Shown: in pieces, positions 45,720 through 57,199 of the stretch
Numbering within the stretch: position 1 is the stretch's first letter
How the letters are laid out: each line of letters opens with the position of its first letter
NCBI GenBank assembly: GCA_946965045.2
Contig: OX337230.1
Location: 2,604,001 to 2,668,000, forward strand
Direction of reading: 5' to 3'
Length of the DNA: 64,000 nucleotides
Source of the DNA: Epithemia pelagica
Taxonomy: Eukaryota > Protista > Bacillariophyta
Notes under the pieces: generated by a model
Databases searched by the model: none
What the model saw: the letters and a program-made list of their open reading frames with translations, nothing else
What the model was told of the DNA's origin: nothing
Position numbers and translations under genes: made by a program

Positions 45720-48700
45720 ATGGAAGTAGACGAGAGCTTGCTTGACTCCTCTGTTGACAACGTACCGTCGCCAGACAAGCACTCTAAGTTCCGCGCTTCC
45801 GCCTCACCTGCAAAATCATCCGAAGATGATGCGCAGCCGGCAAAGTCCTCAGCTGGCAACAGCTTTGGACGTTTCGCGCATAAGGCTAAAGCGCAACCGA
45901 ACGAACCCTTTTTTGCGTCCGTCAGATCCGTACGTACTCGCCCCTTGGGGGAATACGAGACCTATCCACCGATATGGCAATGGGAAGAGGACAGACGTCC
46001 TGATATGAGTCATATGACCATCCCGCCAGTCCTGGAAGAGGGCGACATCTTTGTGAAGCTGCCGCTACCGGTCAAAGGCAAGTATGCTGAAGGGACTCGC
46101 AACGTCCGCACACTTACCAAGAATGACCAAAGCGTGCTGAAAGGAGGCTTCCGCGAAGAGATCGACACTATTGTCCACAATAGTCCAATTTGGTCTTGGC
46201 GCTGGTCTAAAATGTCAGGCCATGAACGTGAAGAGCGCCAAACGTACTATGTGTGCAAACGCTTAGCCGAGCACACGGAAGTGTTCGACGAAGCTTTAAA
46301 ATACACTATGCTTGCCAATGGACAATTGGCTGCCGCAAATAAAAGGCGTAATGTATGCGGTCGTTATTCCGCCGATCTTGAATTCGATGTCCGTGACCCG
46401 AATGTCTCTGACAAGTCTGCCGACCTGTCTCCTTCCTCCTTATGGAGTGTGCCCTGTGTATCCGCTGCCGAAGCAGTAAAAAATGATAAAACGAATCTTA
46501 TTGTTCAATCGAATGCACATGTAGGCACCCATTATAGTTATTCTAAACGTTTCGCACATCGTCTATGTGCTATGAACACCGACGAATATGGTGTTGAAAC
46601 CATTGAGCTCACCTGTGAGTTGGACTCACATGTGGACACCTGTGCCGTGGGAAGAGACTTCGCAATGCTCTCCGAAGCCCACCGCTATATCAGTGTGCAT
46701 CTGTTCGCGGAGGAATATAATCCGCTGACCAATGTCCCTATTGCGACTGTTGCTACTGTCTGGACTGACAGCGAAAACCAGTCTTACTTGCTTGTCATCC
46801 ACCAAGCATTGTTTTTAGGGGACCGTATGGGCAGTTCGTTACTCTGTCCGAACCAGATGCGTGCCCATGGCATCGTTGTCAACGACGTACCTAAACAGTT
46901 TGACCCGCACAGCACGCATTGTATCCACGTACCGGATACCGCTCTCACCATCCCGCTCACCATGGCTGGTGTGATAAGTGGTTTCGCCACTCGCAAACCC
47001 ACTTCTGACGAGCTGGAACACTTGCCACAAGTTGTGCTAACTGCCGATAGCCCATGGCAACCTCGTTCTGCCGCCTTTGTGGACGCGAAGAGAAACTGGG
47101 TGTAGCTGCCGCTACTGTCGTTCGCAATGGCGATCCAAATTCGATTGCCGCATCCTCCATTCCACGACTCATCAAAGCAGTGTTAACGTACCAGTATGCT
47201 TTTGCCAATCCATCACCAGATCTGGACGCCGACGCACATGGCGACGACCTGTACGAACACTTGATAGCGACGGTCACTGTTCATCCAGAGAAGGAGGAGC
47301 CTGATGTAGTCCCGGAGGACAAACGTGAACGTCGGCTGTACATGATCAAGACTGCTAAAGAGTCTTCCCCAGCCGATCCTGCTGGAAAGGGAGTGCTTGA
47401 CGCAGCCGTACTGTCACAACGTTGGGGCATTGGTTTACCCAAAGCGAAGAATACGCTTAAAGTGACGACGCAGGCTGGAGTACGAAACGTATAAATCCCA
47501 TCTGAGCGTAAGGTCCGTAAAAAGGCACTGTGGCTCAAATTCCCTAATGTGAAAGGCCGTTGGTTCTCGGACGAGATGTTTGCCAAGGAAGTATCACTGA
47601 ACGGGGACACGGGCGCCTCGATCTTTACCGACGGCAAAGGATTCGACCACGTTTATCCCTGGAAGTCGAAAAAGCAACATCCTGAAGGATTGATGTCTTT
47701 GATTCACAATGTAGGGATTCCCCAAACAATGGTATCTGATGGTGCCCGAGAATTGTTCCTAGGGAAGTCCCGTGAAATATGCAACGAGTACCGCATAAAG
47801 ATGGAGAAAACGGTTCCTTATAATCCATGGCAGAACGCCGCCGAAGCGAGCATTCGTGAACTAAAGAAGGGAGTTGTCAAAATTATGAGGACGACCGGCG
47901 CACCACGACGTTTATGGAGCTATGCTCTTAAATGGTGCTCACACGTACGGCAACTCACGGCATCCGATATCCCTGAATTAGATGGACGTACACCGTTCGA
48001 GCATGTAATTGGCTCAACGCCAGACATCTCTCCATTAGCCATGTTCCAATTCTATCAGCTGGTGTATTATCGCATGCCCATGGCACAGTTTCCCTTCAAA
48101 AAAGACTGATTGGCCGATGGTTGGGCTTAGCCGTTGATTGCACCGATGATATGGCCTATGAAATCCTAACGCAAGAGGGCAATCATGTCACACGGAAAGA
48201 TGTGTGGGCCATTCCGGAAGACGACCTGAAGAATCCGACGATTCATCAGCAGTTGTTGGACTATGATGCCGCTTTTCAAACGCAAATGAAAGAGCCACCA
48301 TCTGATGGCACAACTGGGAGCGATCCACCCCCAGACCTCTTTGACGAAGGTGAACTTCTAGAGCCCTTGTTCCCAGAGGCCGAAGCCCTGGAATCCGACG
48401 CGTACACGCCGGAGGAACTAGACGAATATCTCACCGCTGAAGTCATGCTGCCGCGAGGAGGTGAAAGCGCTCGAGCGAAAATCATTGGACGCACGAAAGA
48501 TGCTCATGGGCGACCTATTGGTGAGCGCGACGCAAACCCAATCCTTGATACTCGGTACTACAACGTACAGTTTCCGGATGGATCGGTCAAGTCGTATGCA
48601 ACCAATATGATTGCAGAGAATCTGTATTCGCAAGTTGACCCGGAGGGCAATGCGTTCAACACATTGAAAGCCATTGTGGGTCACCGCAGTGATGAGACCG

Positions 48701-50662
48701 CAGTTAAGCGAACAGACGCATCGTTCCTTGACGGCACATCACACCACACAACGAAAGGTTGGGAATTGCAATGTGAACTGTCCGATCAATCGACTGTTTG
48801 GCTGCCGCTCAAAGACGTCAAGAATGGAAATATGATTGAAGCCGCCGAATACGCAGTATCCGCTGACATCGCAAAAGAGCCTGCTTTCGCATGGTGGGTG
48901 CCACGTGCACTTTGCAAACGAGACCGCATTATCAAAAAGGTAAAGTCACGTTATTGGAAGCGAACGCACAAGTATGGCATTGAGCTGCCCCACTCTGTGG
49001 AAGAAGCCCTGGCGATTGACCGCCGAACGGGGACTGACTTCCGGCGCAAGGCTATTGAGAAAGAAATGAAGAACGTTGGCATTGCTTTCGAATTTCCAGC
49101 TGATGGCGAAGTGCCTCCTGGATACAAGCATATTCCCTGTCATATGGTTTTTGATATCAAATCAGACCTGCGACGAAAAGCACGGTTAGTGGCCGGAGGC
49201 CACAAAACTGATCCACCCAAAGAATCGACCTATTCTAGTGTGGTATCACGCGATAGCGTACGCATTGCTTTTACTATCGCTGCACTAAATGGTCTAGATG
49301 TTCTCGTCGGGGACGTGCAAAACGCATATCTCAACGCACCGACTAAAGAGAAGACCTATACCACCGCGGGACTCGAATTTGGACCAGATAAGGTTGGACA
49401 ACCTGCACTGATAGTGCGCGCATTATATGGTCTCAAAAGTTCTGCCGCAAGGTGGCGTGATCACATCGCCGCAACGCTCCGCGATATGGGATTTAAGATG
49501 TGTCAAGCTGATCCGGATGTATGGCTTCGAGCGAACACTCGACCATCTGATGGGTTCCAGTATTACGATTATGTTTTGGTCTATATTGATGATCTGCTGA
49601 TTGTTAGTCATGATCCCAAAACCGTGATGCAGGACCTGCAGAGGCGCTCTACGATCAAGCCCGACAGTATCAAACCGCCAGACGAATACTTGGGATCCGA
49701 AATTCGGCGTTATACCATACCCGACACGCAAGATCCGTCGAACCGTGATCGTTGGGCCATGTCCGCTGACAAGTATTGTAAGCGTGCTCTTGCCGAAGTC
49801 GAAACGGAACTGGAGAAATCCGGAGAAAAGCTGAAGTCAAAAGTGACGACGCCGATCGCCGATGGATATCGCCCGGAATTGGATGCGACTCCTGAACTCG
49901 ACGCAAGACGTGCAAACTATTACCAACGACCGATCGGTATTCTCCGTTGGATTGTTGAACTCGGTCGTATCGACATTACAACCGCAGTCTCCCATATGTC
50001 CCGTTTCATGGCGAATCCACGAGAAGGACATCTCGAGCAAACGTTGCACATCTTCGCGTATCTGAAGAAGTACGATAAATCCGCCATTGTGTTCGACGAC
50101 ACAACCCCTGACTTCGATGAGTCACGTTTTACCCGACCGGATTGGTCTGAGTATTATCCTGATTCCGCCAAACGCACCAGCACCGCGTGGAAACGCTGTC
50201 ACCACGACTTGCTTTGTCGATGCTGATCATGCTGGATGTCGTGTCACACGGCGCTCTCAAACAGGAGTCCTACTGTTCTTGCAACGAGCACCGATCATGT
50301 GGTATTCAAAACGACAAAACACTGTTGAGACGTCTACATTTGGCAATGAGTTCGTGGCGATGAAAACTGCCATTGAAATGATTGAAGCATTTCGTTATAA
50401 GTTGCAAATGATGGGTATCCCGTTGGATGGAGAGACGAATGTGTTTTGCGACAATGAATCTGTGTTTAAGAACTCGACGCAGCCGGAATCAGTCCTAAAG
50501 AAGAAGCACAACGCAATTGCTTATCATCGGACTCGTGAAGCGCAAGCTGCTGGACTTGTGCGCATTGTATGGGAAGAAGGTGAAACGAATCTTGCCGATA
50601 TCCTAACCAAACTGCTACCCGGACCTCGATTGCGATTCCTGGCCCAACGTATCATGTGGTAG
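45720..50662 (+). pseudogene. pol: pol of copy C (PR-INT-chromo-like-RT-RH), fragmented
   Basis: ORFs 45720-47105, 47054-47494, 47549-48109, 48121-50226 and 50087-50662. INT triad candidates WFSDEM, SDGARE, QNAAE. Confidence 0.93.
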
Positions 50663-50783
50663 CACCCCTTTTTGATCCAAAATGGGATCGCCCCTTTTGA
50701 AGAATAGTCCAACGTACTGGACCGGCCTCTGCTGACATGACGAACTAAACGAAGTTGCCCACCCCGATTTTGTTCGCGGGGAC

Positions 50784-51023
50784 TGAATAAATAATCACGG
50801 GCGCCCCCTTTGTAACCTACGAAGGGCCTCGCCATGCCTCGCTACGCATCGCCTGGCATCGCCCGGCCCCTAGTTACGTGTTCGCTAGTGGGTACCGTGG
50901 TCGCTGTTTGGCCCCTACGTGAGCGATTTGCCCCCAAAGGGCACCACTAGTTTAGTTACCATAATTTCTGATAGTTTGATTGTTGCAAGCCGTATATTGC
51001 GTCTGACCGTCAGTTTTTATTCA
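50784..51023 (+). repeat. 3' LTR of copy C
   Basis: TG...CA, 240 bp. Confidence 0.95.
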
Positions 51024-52984
51024 ATAATGGGGTGACTTCTGTTGATTGCATAGTCACATCGTCCACCTGGAGTCTTTACGAAGATCTCCTGCCCTTCTTT
51101 TGAGTGTAGAATTTTGAAGCAGGTCATTCCCTTGAAACAAGGAACATCATGGATCTTCCATCCCTTAGTGGATCTGTCTTTGGAATGTGCCAAATGTGCC
51201 ACCAGACCGCACTTTGCACACTTCCCGATGTTCGTATACATCCCTGCCATCGGTAATGTCCTCTCCAACCACCGATACTCCACCATGCATACATTGCACC
51301 GTCCTCTACCCGTCATTTCCACAGGGTCATGACCTTCGGCACACAGTGGATTGTTACGAACAGTCTTGCTTGTCCTTGTTTCTCCAACACTCTCACTGGG
51401 CTCATATTGCAGTAGACTTTGTGCAATCTTGGTGTAAAATCCATGCCTTGACAGTCGCTTTCGTCGTCCTCGTACAGTGTGCTCATCGCTGGAAAGGTTC
51501 CACGCGATGAATGCATTAAAAAGCATGTAATCAACAATTGCGAGGTACACTTTCTTGTACCATTTCTTGAAATGACCCCTTGTTCTGAAGCTTCCTCCCT
51601 GAATCCTCATCTGGTCTCCTTTATCGACTGACCCCATATTTTGTTGGTATCAGTTGAAGTCCTTTTTCTTGGATCCAACTTGTCTCTTGACCACAGAGTG
51701 GCCAGTGTCCTCCAAACTTGATACAAACGACACCACCTTGCTATCTACCCACTGCCCACAAATAATGTCATTCACCGAGTCATGAATCAATTTGAAGCTG
51801 CCTCTGGGTGAATTTGACTTTGATAAGTTCATTTGTGACTTATCCCATCATTTTCTATTAGACTGAACAGTTCCAGTGGAGAAGCAATTGAATCGTTCCC
51901 TGAGAATTACCACAAGTTGTGGAGCCATGTAACGATTGTCCATGCTAATATGATGCATGCCTTGTGTGGCTTTGTGTAGGTCCAAGCCATATGCAGCATT
52001 CATATGCAGCATTCAATACGGCTTTCATCGTAGTAGGAAAGCTGTGGATACTCGGACGAATATACAAATTTGTCGCGTTTTTCCCTTGGTATACGTCCAT
52101 ATGCAAAATTGCATAATTGGACGATGAAGCCATAAGGAAAAGTCGACGCGAAATTTTTGTGGCTTGTCTTTGTTGAATTGCCGAACCGGACACTGTGTGG
52201 AACGGCAACCAACTCCTCCTTCGTCGAAAGCCATGTCTTGCGGCACAAAGAACGTCTTCCTTGATGTCTTATTTAGTTGATTCAGTACTGTGCGAAGTTG
52301 GTAGCACTTGTCCCCACCCCCAGCGGCAGCGACCTTGTTCTCGGGATGAAATGCGCCCCGTATCTGTCGGAACCTATTGAGGGTCATGTACTTCACCACA
52401 AAACCACAACTGTCGTCGATTTCTATGGGGGGAACACCTGGTCCAACATTGTAGGTGACGTTGGTGGTTTGAAAGTAGGCAGTGTACCCACCTCCGTCCA
52501 CTGGTTTTAGGGACATCATCAGTAGGAGTCCTAGAAACCGGTACATCTCTTGGATTGTTACGTCCTGCCAGCGTTGCGAATGGTTGTATCCATTGCGATT
52601 GGCATGTCGCAACTTCAAGTGTGAATGGTAGTACTGGTTTGTACCGGCCGTAAGATTCGCCACCATTTGGTCAGTTAGCCCCCCACAACGGTGGAAGCAC
52701 TCGAAGGGAGTTGCAAAACTTTGCCCAACTCCTGGTCGTAACCCGTCCCTGCCAGTATACATTGACCTATGCCTCTGGTCCGAACCAATCCACTCGGAGC
52801 CTGTACTACTCTCACGTTCCTGATACTTGAACTGCAGATTGTGCAGTGTCTCTAGTAGTGTGGTTTTATTGGCACCATCTTCTGTGGAACCGTTATTGTT
52901 CTGTTCCATTTCCTCATTTTCCGCGGCAGAGGTTTTGGTCACCTGGGAGTCATCGTCATCAGAATTGTCACTTTGTTTGTCCAA
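51024..52984 (-). pseudogene. piggyBac-family transposase, frameshifted, cut at its 3' end by copy C
   Basis: EMYRFLGLLLMM, MTLNRFRQI, AFDEGG (D1), MDNRYMAPQL (D2, ~51920), MGSVDKGDQ (D3), KWYKKVY, C-terminal Cys-rich region. Confidence 0.92.
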
Positions 52985-53144
52985 TGGATCCCCGGGCCTG
53001 TCGTTGTTTTCACTGCCATGTGAGTCTTATTTGTCTTCTGATGAATCAGACAGAATTTCACCCTCTTGCGCAGCTAGTGCTCATCGTGTTGTCACTCGTT
53101 GAGTGACGGTTTGCTTGTGTCGTTCGTTTTGTTGTGTGGCCATT

Positions 53145-53260
53145 GGGGATTCGTCTGGTGGCATCGTACGAGTCTGGTGGCATCGTACGAATCATGGCTC
53201 TACCTTGAGCACGGATAGAGTCTTCTGTAATTGAGCACGGATAGAGTCTTCTGTAATTGA
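53145..53260. repeat. Two adjacent perfect tandem duplications (19 bp and 26 bp)
   Basis: gtctggtggcatcgtacga x2 (53153-53190); ttgagcacggatagagtcttctgtaa x2 (53205-53256). Confidence 0.9.
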
Positions 53261-54165
53261 CTGGTTCCGAGAACCTCTTGTACTGGTTGCAGCAGTTGCG
53301 GATTGGTGTCTACCGGTATTCTCTGTCAGTGGGCTGTTAACAGGAATTTGGTTGCCAACTTGGCCCGGAGTCGGAGGGGGGTTGTTCGGTCGTTGTTGCG
53401 ATTCGGTCGATCGACTGAAAATGTACAACTTCAACAAGTCTTTGTTTGTCTGTGTCTACAAAAAAGAGGTCGCTGTCCATTCCAATGGGAGTTGCTCATC
53501 ATGTTCCCACTCTACAAGAAACGCGTAATTGTTTCTCTTCGTAGGGCAGGACACGATACGACCGTTCAGCACGGGAACTTGGCAAGGAAGGCCTCTTGGT
53601 GGCCTTCTTTCAACCAAAAGGTATGAGGTGCTTGAAGTCTTTGTTTTGCAAAAGAGAATCTATTTCTTGTTTGTTTGGGTCGGTTCAAAGTTGTTGGTTG
53701 GTGTGGTGGTCCACGAGCTTGCTGTGTGGGAGGTTGATGTTCTGGAGGAGGCAGTTGTTCTTGAGGTTCTGGAGGAGGCCGTTGTTGTTGAGGAGGCTGT
53801 GGTGGAGGTGAAGGTTGTTGTGGAGGATGTTGTTGTGGAGGTAGGTTGTTCTTGAGGAGATGCCTCTTGGGTGACGACGATTGGGGCTTCTTCTTCACAG
53901 GCATCGTGTGTTGCGTTGGCAGACATCGGAGAATTGCAGTAATGGAAAATGCAACAATGGAATACTTCTTCGTACGATCTGAAACCTGGTGGTACTGCTA
54001 CTTGTATCCTAGAAGTGCAAGAACTGTCATCCTTCAGGGTATCGGCGGACAAGTCGCAAAAAATGAGTAAACCTGACGAAAATTTGATGACAACGCAGTC
54101 ATAATTCAACTATAGTGTCTCAGAGTAAAATTTTCGTAATTCTATGGTCTATCGTTTGGAATTAT

Positions 54166-54432
54166 TCATTCTCCTTCATTCAAGGTATGAAAGGAGATAT
54201 GATTGATGAAATGAATGCGAGGTGCGTATGTGCAAACCATTTTGGTTTTGAGGTGCATATGTGCACCTCGATGTTGATTGGCGATAAATAAGAATCTGTT
54301 CTTTTTAAATCGCCCGAGAGTATCATGCTTTAGAAGGCTTCCACAAATCTCGTGCTCTTCACAAGAACGTCCGTTGGATGATGCCTTGATACCAACAATT
54401 TCAACGATTTCTCCAGTACTCTCCAGACCCAT
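54166..54432 (-). pseudogene. Short ORF with a VEIVGI...GRSCEEHEICG motif (possible HIRAN-like domain fragment)
   Basis: Motif recalled from diatom TE-associated proteins; the beta-strand VxIVG start resembles HIRAN. Confidence 0.3.
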
Positions 54433-54540
54433 TTTTCGTGCGACACACCGATGGAAAGCTCAGAGTACCACAAATCTACTTCTGCGTGTTAGAGGGAGGT
54501 GTGATCCTACAGGAAAAAGTTACGATACCATGTACCAAAT

Positions 54541-54595
54541 CAGGGGAGGGGGGGGGGGGGTACAGGACCATGGGGGGGGGGGGGGGGTACAGGAC
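54541..54595. repeat. G13-TACAGGAC-CAT-G16-TACAGGAC duplication
   Basis: Directly visible. Confidence 0.9.
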
Positions 54596-54689
54596 ACTGA
54601 AAAATACGGTAGTAGTTCTTCAGGTAAGCAGCTTAAGGAAAGTGAGTGTTGTGGTAAAAGGCTTCAGCATGAAGGTCTTGCTGAGTTTG

Positions 54690-54921
54690 GACTGGACGTA
54701 TCTTTTGTTCACCACCGTGTTTTCCTATTTCTATTCATAGACTAAGTGAGTGTTTCAACAGAAAATGTAACTCTAGTAGTTCTTCAAGTAAGCAGCTTAA
54801 GGAAAGTGAGTGTTGTGGTAAAAGGCTGCAGCATTGAAGGTCTTGCTGAGTTTCCTGAAAGTCAAGCAACAAATTACTCTCGACTCCAGTGCCACATGAC
54901 GTTGTGGTGTTTCGACACGTA
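54690..54921 (+). repeat. ~230-bp repeat, inverted copy at 61763-61992; partial tandem copy at ~54609-54688
   Basis: gactggacgtatct...catagactaagtgagtgtttcaacag...cagcttaaggaaag...cgacacgt versus its reverse complement near 61.8-62.0 kb. Confidence 0.85.
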
Positions 54922-55081
54922 TTGGCTTTCTCTGGACAAAACATCTTCTTGTCTCTTCCCCAGATAAAACAATTTCTTTGCTTCTGGACGAAAACTTGAT
55001 CAATCATCGAAGCCTTCCGCCCATGGACGAAGACGAAGTGGCAATGGCTGTGCGGATTGTTCCGTTAAATTAGTATTAATA

Positions 55082-55251
55082 CTTCCCGGTGTGGTGTCCT
55101 TTCAAGGAGGGACCGCCCGGCTCGGAGGGTAGAATGACGAGGAGAGCAATGGTCGAGGAGGGCGCACGCCCGACAAGACAATTGCCCGTCGAGTCATTCT
55201 CCCGACAAGCCGGGCGCGCCCGACGCGAGAGGACGGCCAGACACAGGGAAG
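55082..55251. mobile_element. 170-bp MITE candidate (Tc1/mariner-type, TA TSD)
   Basis: TA|CTTCCCGGTGT...ACACAGGGAAG|TA: 11-bp TIR with 1 mismatch. Confidence 0.5.
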
Positions 55252-57199
55252 TAGTAAACTTACTCCCTATCAAGCTGTGTATAGTGAGAATTCATGGAAG
55301 ATATGTCACACAAGTGTCACGCATGTGTCACACAAGTGTCACACAGGAGAGGGAAACCGCGCGACCCGCACGAAACTACTTCCCGGTCCTACAAAAAATT
55401 CCTACTGTAGTATAAAAATGTGAGACGAACTACCTACACAGTCTGGTATGGAGTTAGTTATTAAATTCAGCTTAAGCTGCTGCCATCTTGTGAGCAAACA
55501 GTGAGAGGAGGGAGGGAGGTAGGATCAAGAACTGCCTTTGTCAGTTGGACTCATCGAACGTTAGCAGACTCAACTGGAAAAGAAACTGTGTACGAGACAG
55601 ATCCCACGCGTTGAGTATGGAAATTTTCTTCAATCCAGCAGCATAAGATCCTGTGGCATGTCTGGCGGGGAAATCTTTGGTAACATGTGCGTAAGGGCTG
55701 ACCATAAACCTAATGGCGGACGCCGACTGCTGCAACTCGTAGGTCCAACAGAACAACCGGTGCAATATACAATGGATACTCTAAATGATGAGTAGTATAT
55801 AAAGGGAATGATTATTGTGCCCGGAAACCATCCCTTGGCTGCCATCGTCTTCCCGAAGTTGCTCTTCTCCTTCCTTTTCGAGGCGTTTCCGTGATGGTCG
55901 ACCATTTTGAGCGCGCGTCGCGCATGCTCCGCATCTCTCCATCCGCCCACTGATAGATAATATAGACACGCGGATCATGCATCGCGGATCATGCATTGCT
56001 CCGCCCATACTCCGCGAGACCAATAACTTACCCCCTTAGTCATATGTTTTGAACCTTACCAGGTTGTAACTCTAGAAGCAAAAGTGTCGAGCTATTGAAA
56101 CGCCGAAGAACGCAATAAACAAGTATAGAAGGCGTGAATGAATGTAGTGAATGCATGCTATTATGTTGGCATTCACAAGTCTACGGATGGCTACCACCAT
56201 CTGTCATTGCACAACGTGTACGCTACACCACAAATTTTGATTGATACCGTCACGATCAAGAAGCATAAACCCAATTCCGTAGGATCACTTTCATTTATAT
56301 ACCCCACATCCACATACCCATTGTTGCCTATGACGCATGCATCAGTCCAATCCATTCGACGCCCTCACTGATGTCTCGAGTACTATGACATCGTTACCAC
56401 GAAGGTCAATGCCTTGGTTTTTGCCCACATTTGAGACCATGTGCATTCAAGTCGACATCTCTATCAATTCAATGAACGTGGCCTCGAAAAAGTTATACTC
56501 ATCGTTGAAATCACTCTTTTTCTGCGTTCCTTTGTCCCTCTGATTCTGTCCATCAACTGATGGACGAAACGCCACTTAGATACACTCTTCAGCCCATTCC
56601 TCTCACAGAGCCTGCCTCCTTCGACATCTGCTCAAGAAAGAAACACAAACATCATTCGTTGTTGCAATATTGTGGATTTTATTCATCGAAAGTAAAACGG
56701 ATTGTCAATCTACAAAACAACCATACTTCCATCTGCATAACACGATTGTCCAAATGTATAGTAATAAATACTAATTTCATCTTTATTAACATACTAAGGG
56801 AAGTTTGATTGTTGAAGTGCTTTGTTCCGGTACCTGTTCACTCAACGATATAACAATCTTGTGGAGTTGGTAGCATTTCAGCATTTGAAATGCTGACATA
56901 CCGCGTTACTTACACCTTTCCAAAGCCCAGAATCTTTCTCCACCCTGTCTGGATCTACTACCACCATCATGTCCTCTCACTCAACTCAATACAGAAGAAG
57001 GAGACACAACCCCTGCTTGTCAACAAGTAGAAAGAATCATGACCCTTCCTCCTACACAGCAAGAACCATCAAGAAGAAAAAACGCTGCTTCAGAGCCACA
57101 AGGGACCAAAAATGGACAGGGTCAACCCACACTTCCCAAGAACAACAATCAGATGAAGGATTATGTCCCCCTTCAGACGACCTCCAAAAGAGCATTTCA

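Larger units (their letters stand above)
43683..51023 (+). mobile_element. Ty1/copia LTR retrotransposon, copy C (7341 bp; retains the segment deleted in A and B; disabled)
   Basis: LTRs at 43683-43922 and 50784-51023 with 3 substitutions by manual count. Stops or frameshifts at ~44745, 45648, ~47097, ~47492, ~48105 and ~50162. No TSD (ctgag vs ataat). Confidence 0.95.

Noticed and set aside
53260-54160. piggyBac 5' TIR with TTAA target
   Set aside because: No TTAA-CC/CA terminus with a matching partner is visible; the Thr/Ser-rich ORF 53660-54109 cannot be assigned.
55541-56020. Possible real spliced host gene on the minus strand
   Set aside because: ORFs 55630-55950 and 55541-55765 have no recognisable motif, and I could not support the splice sites.
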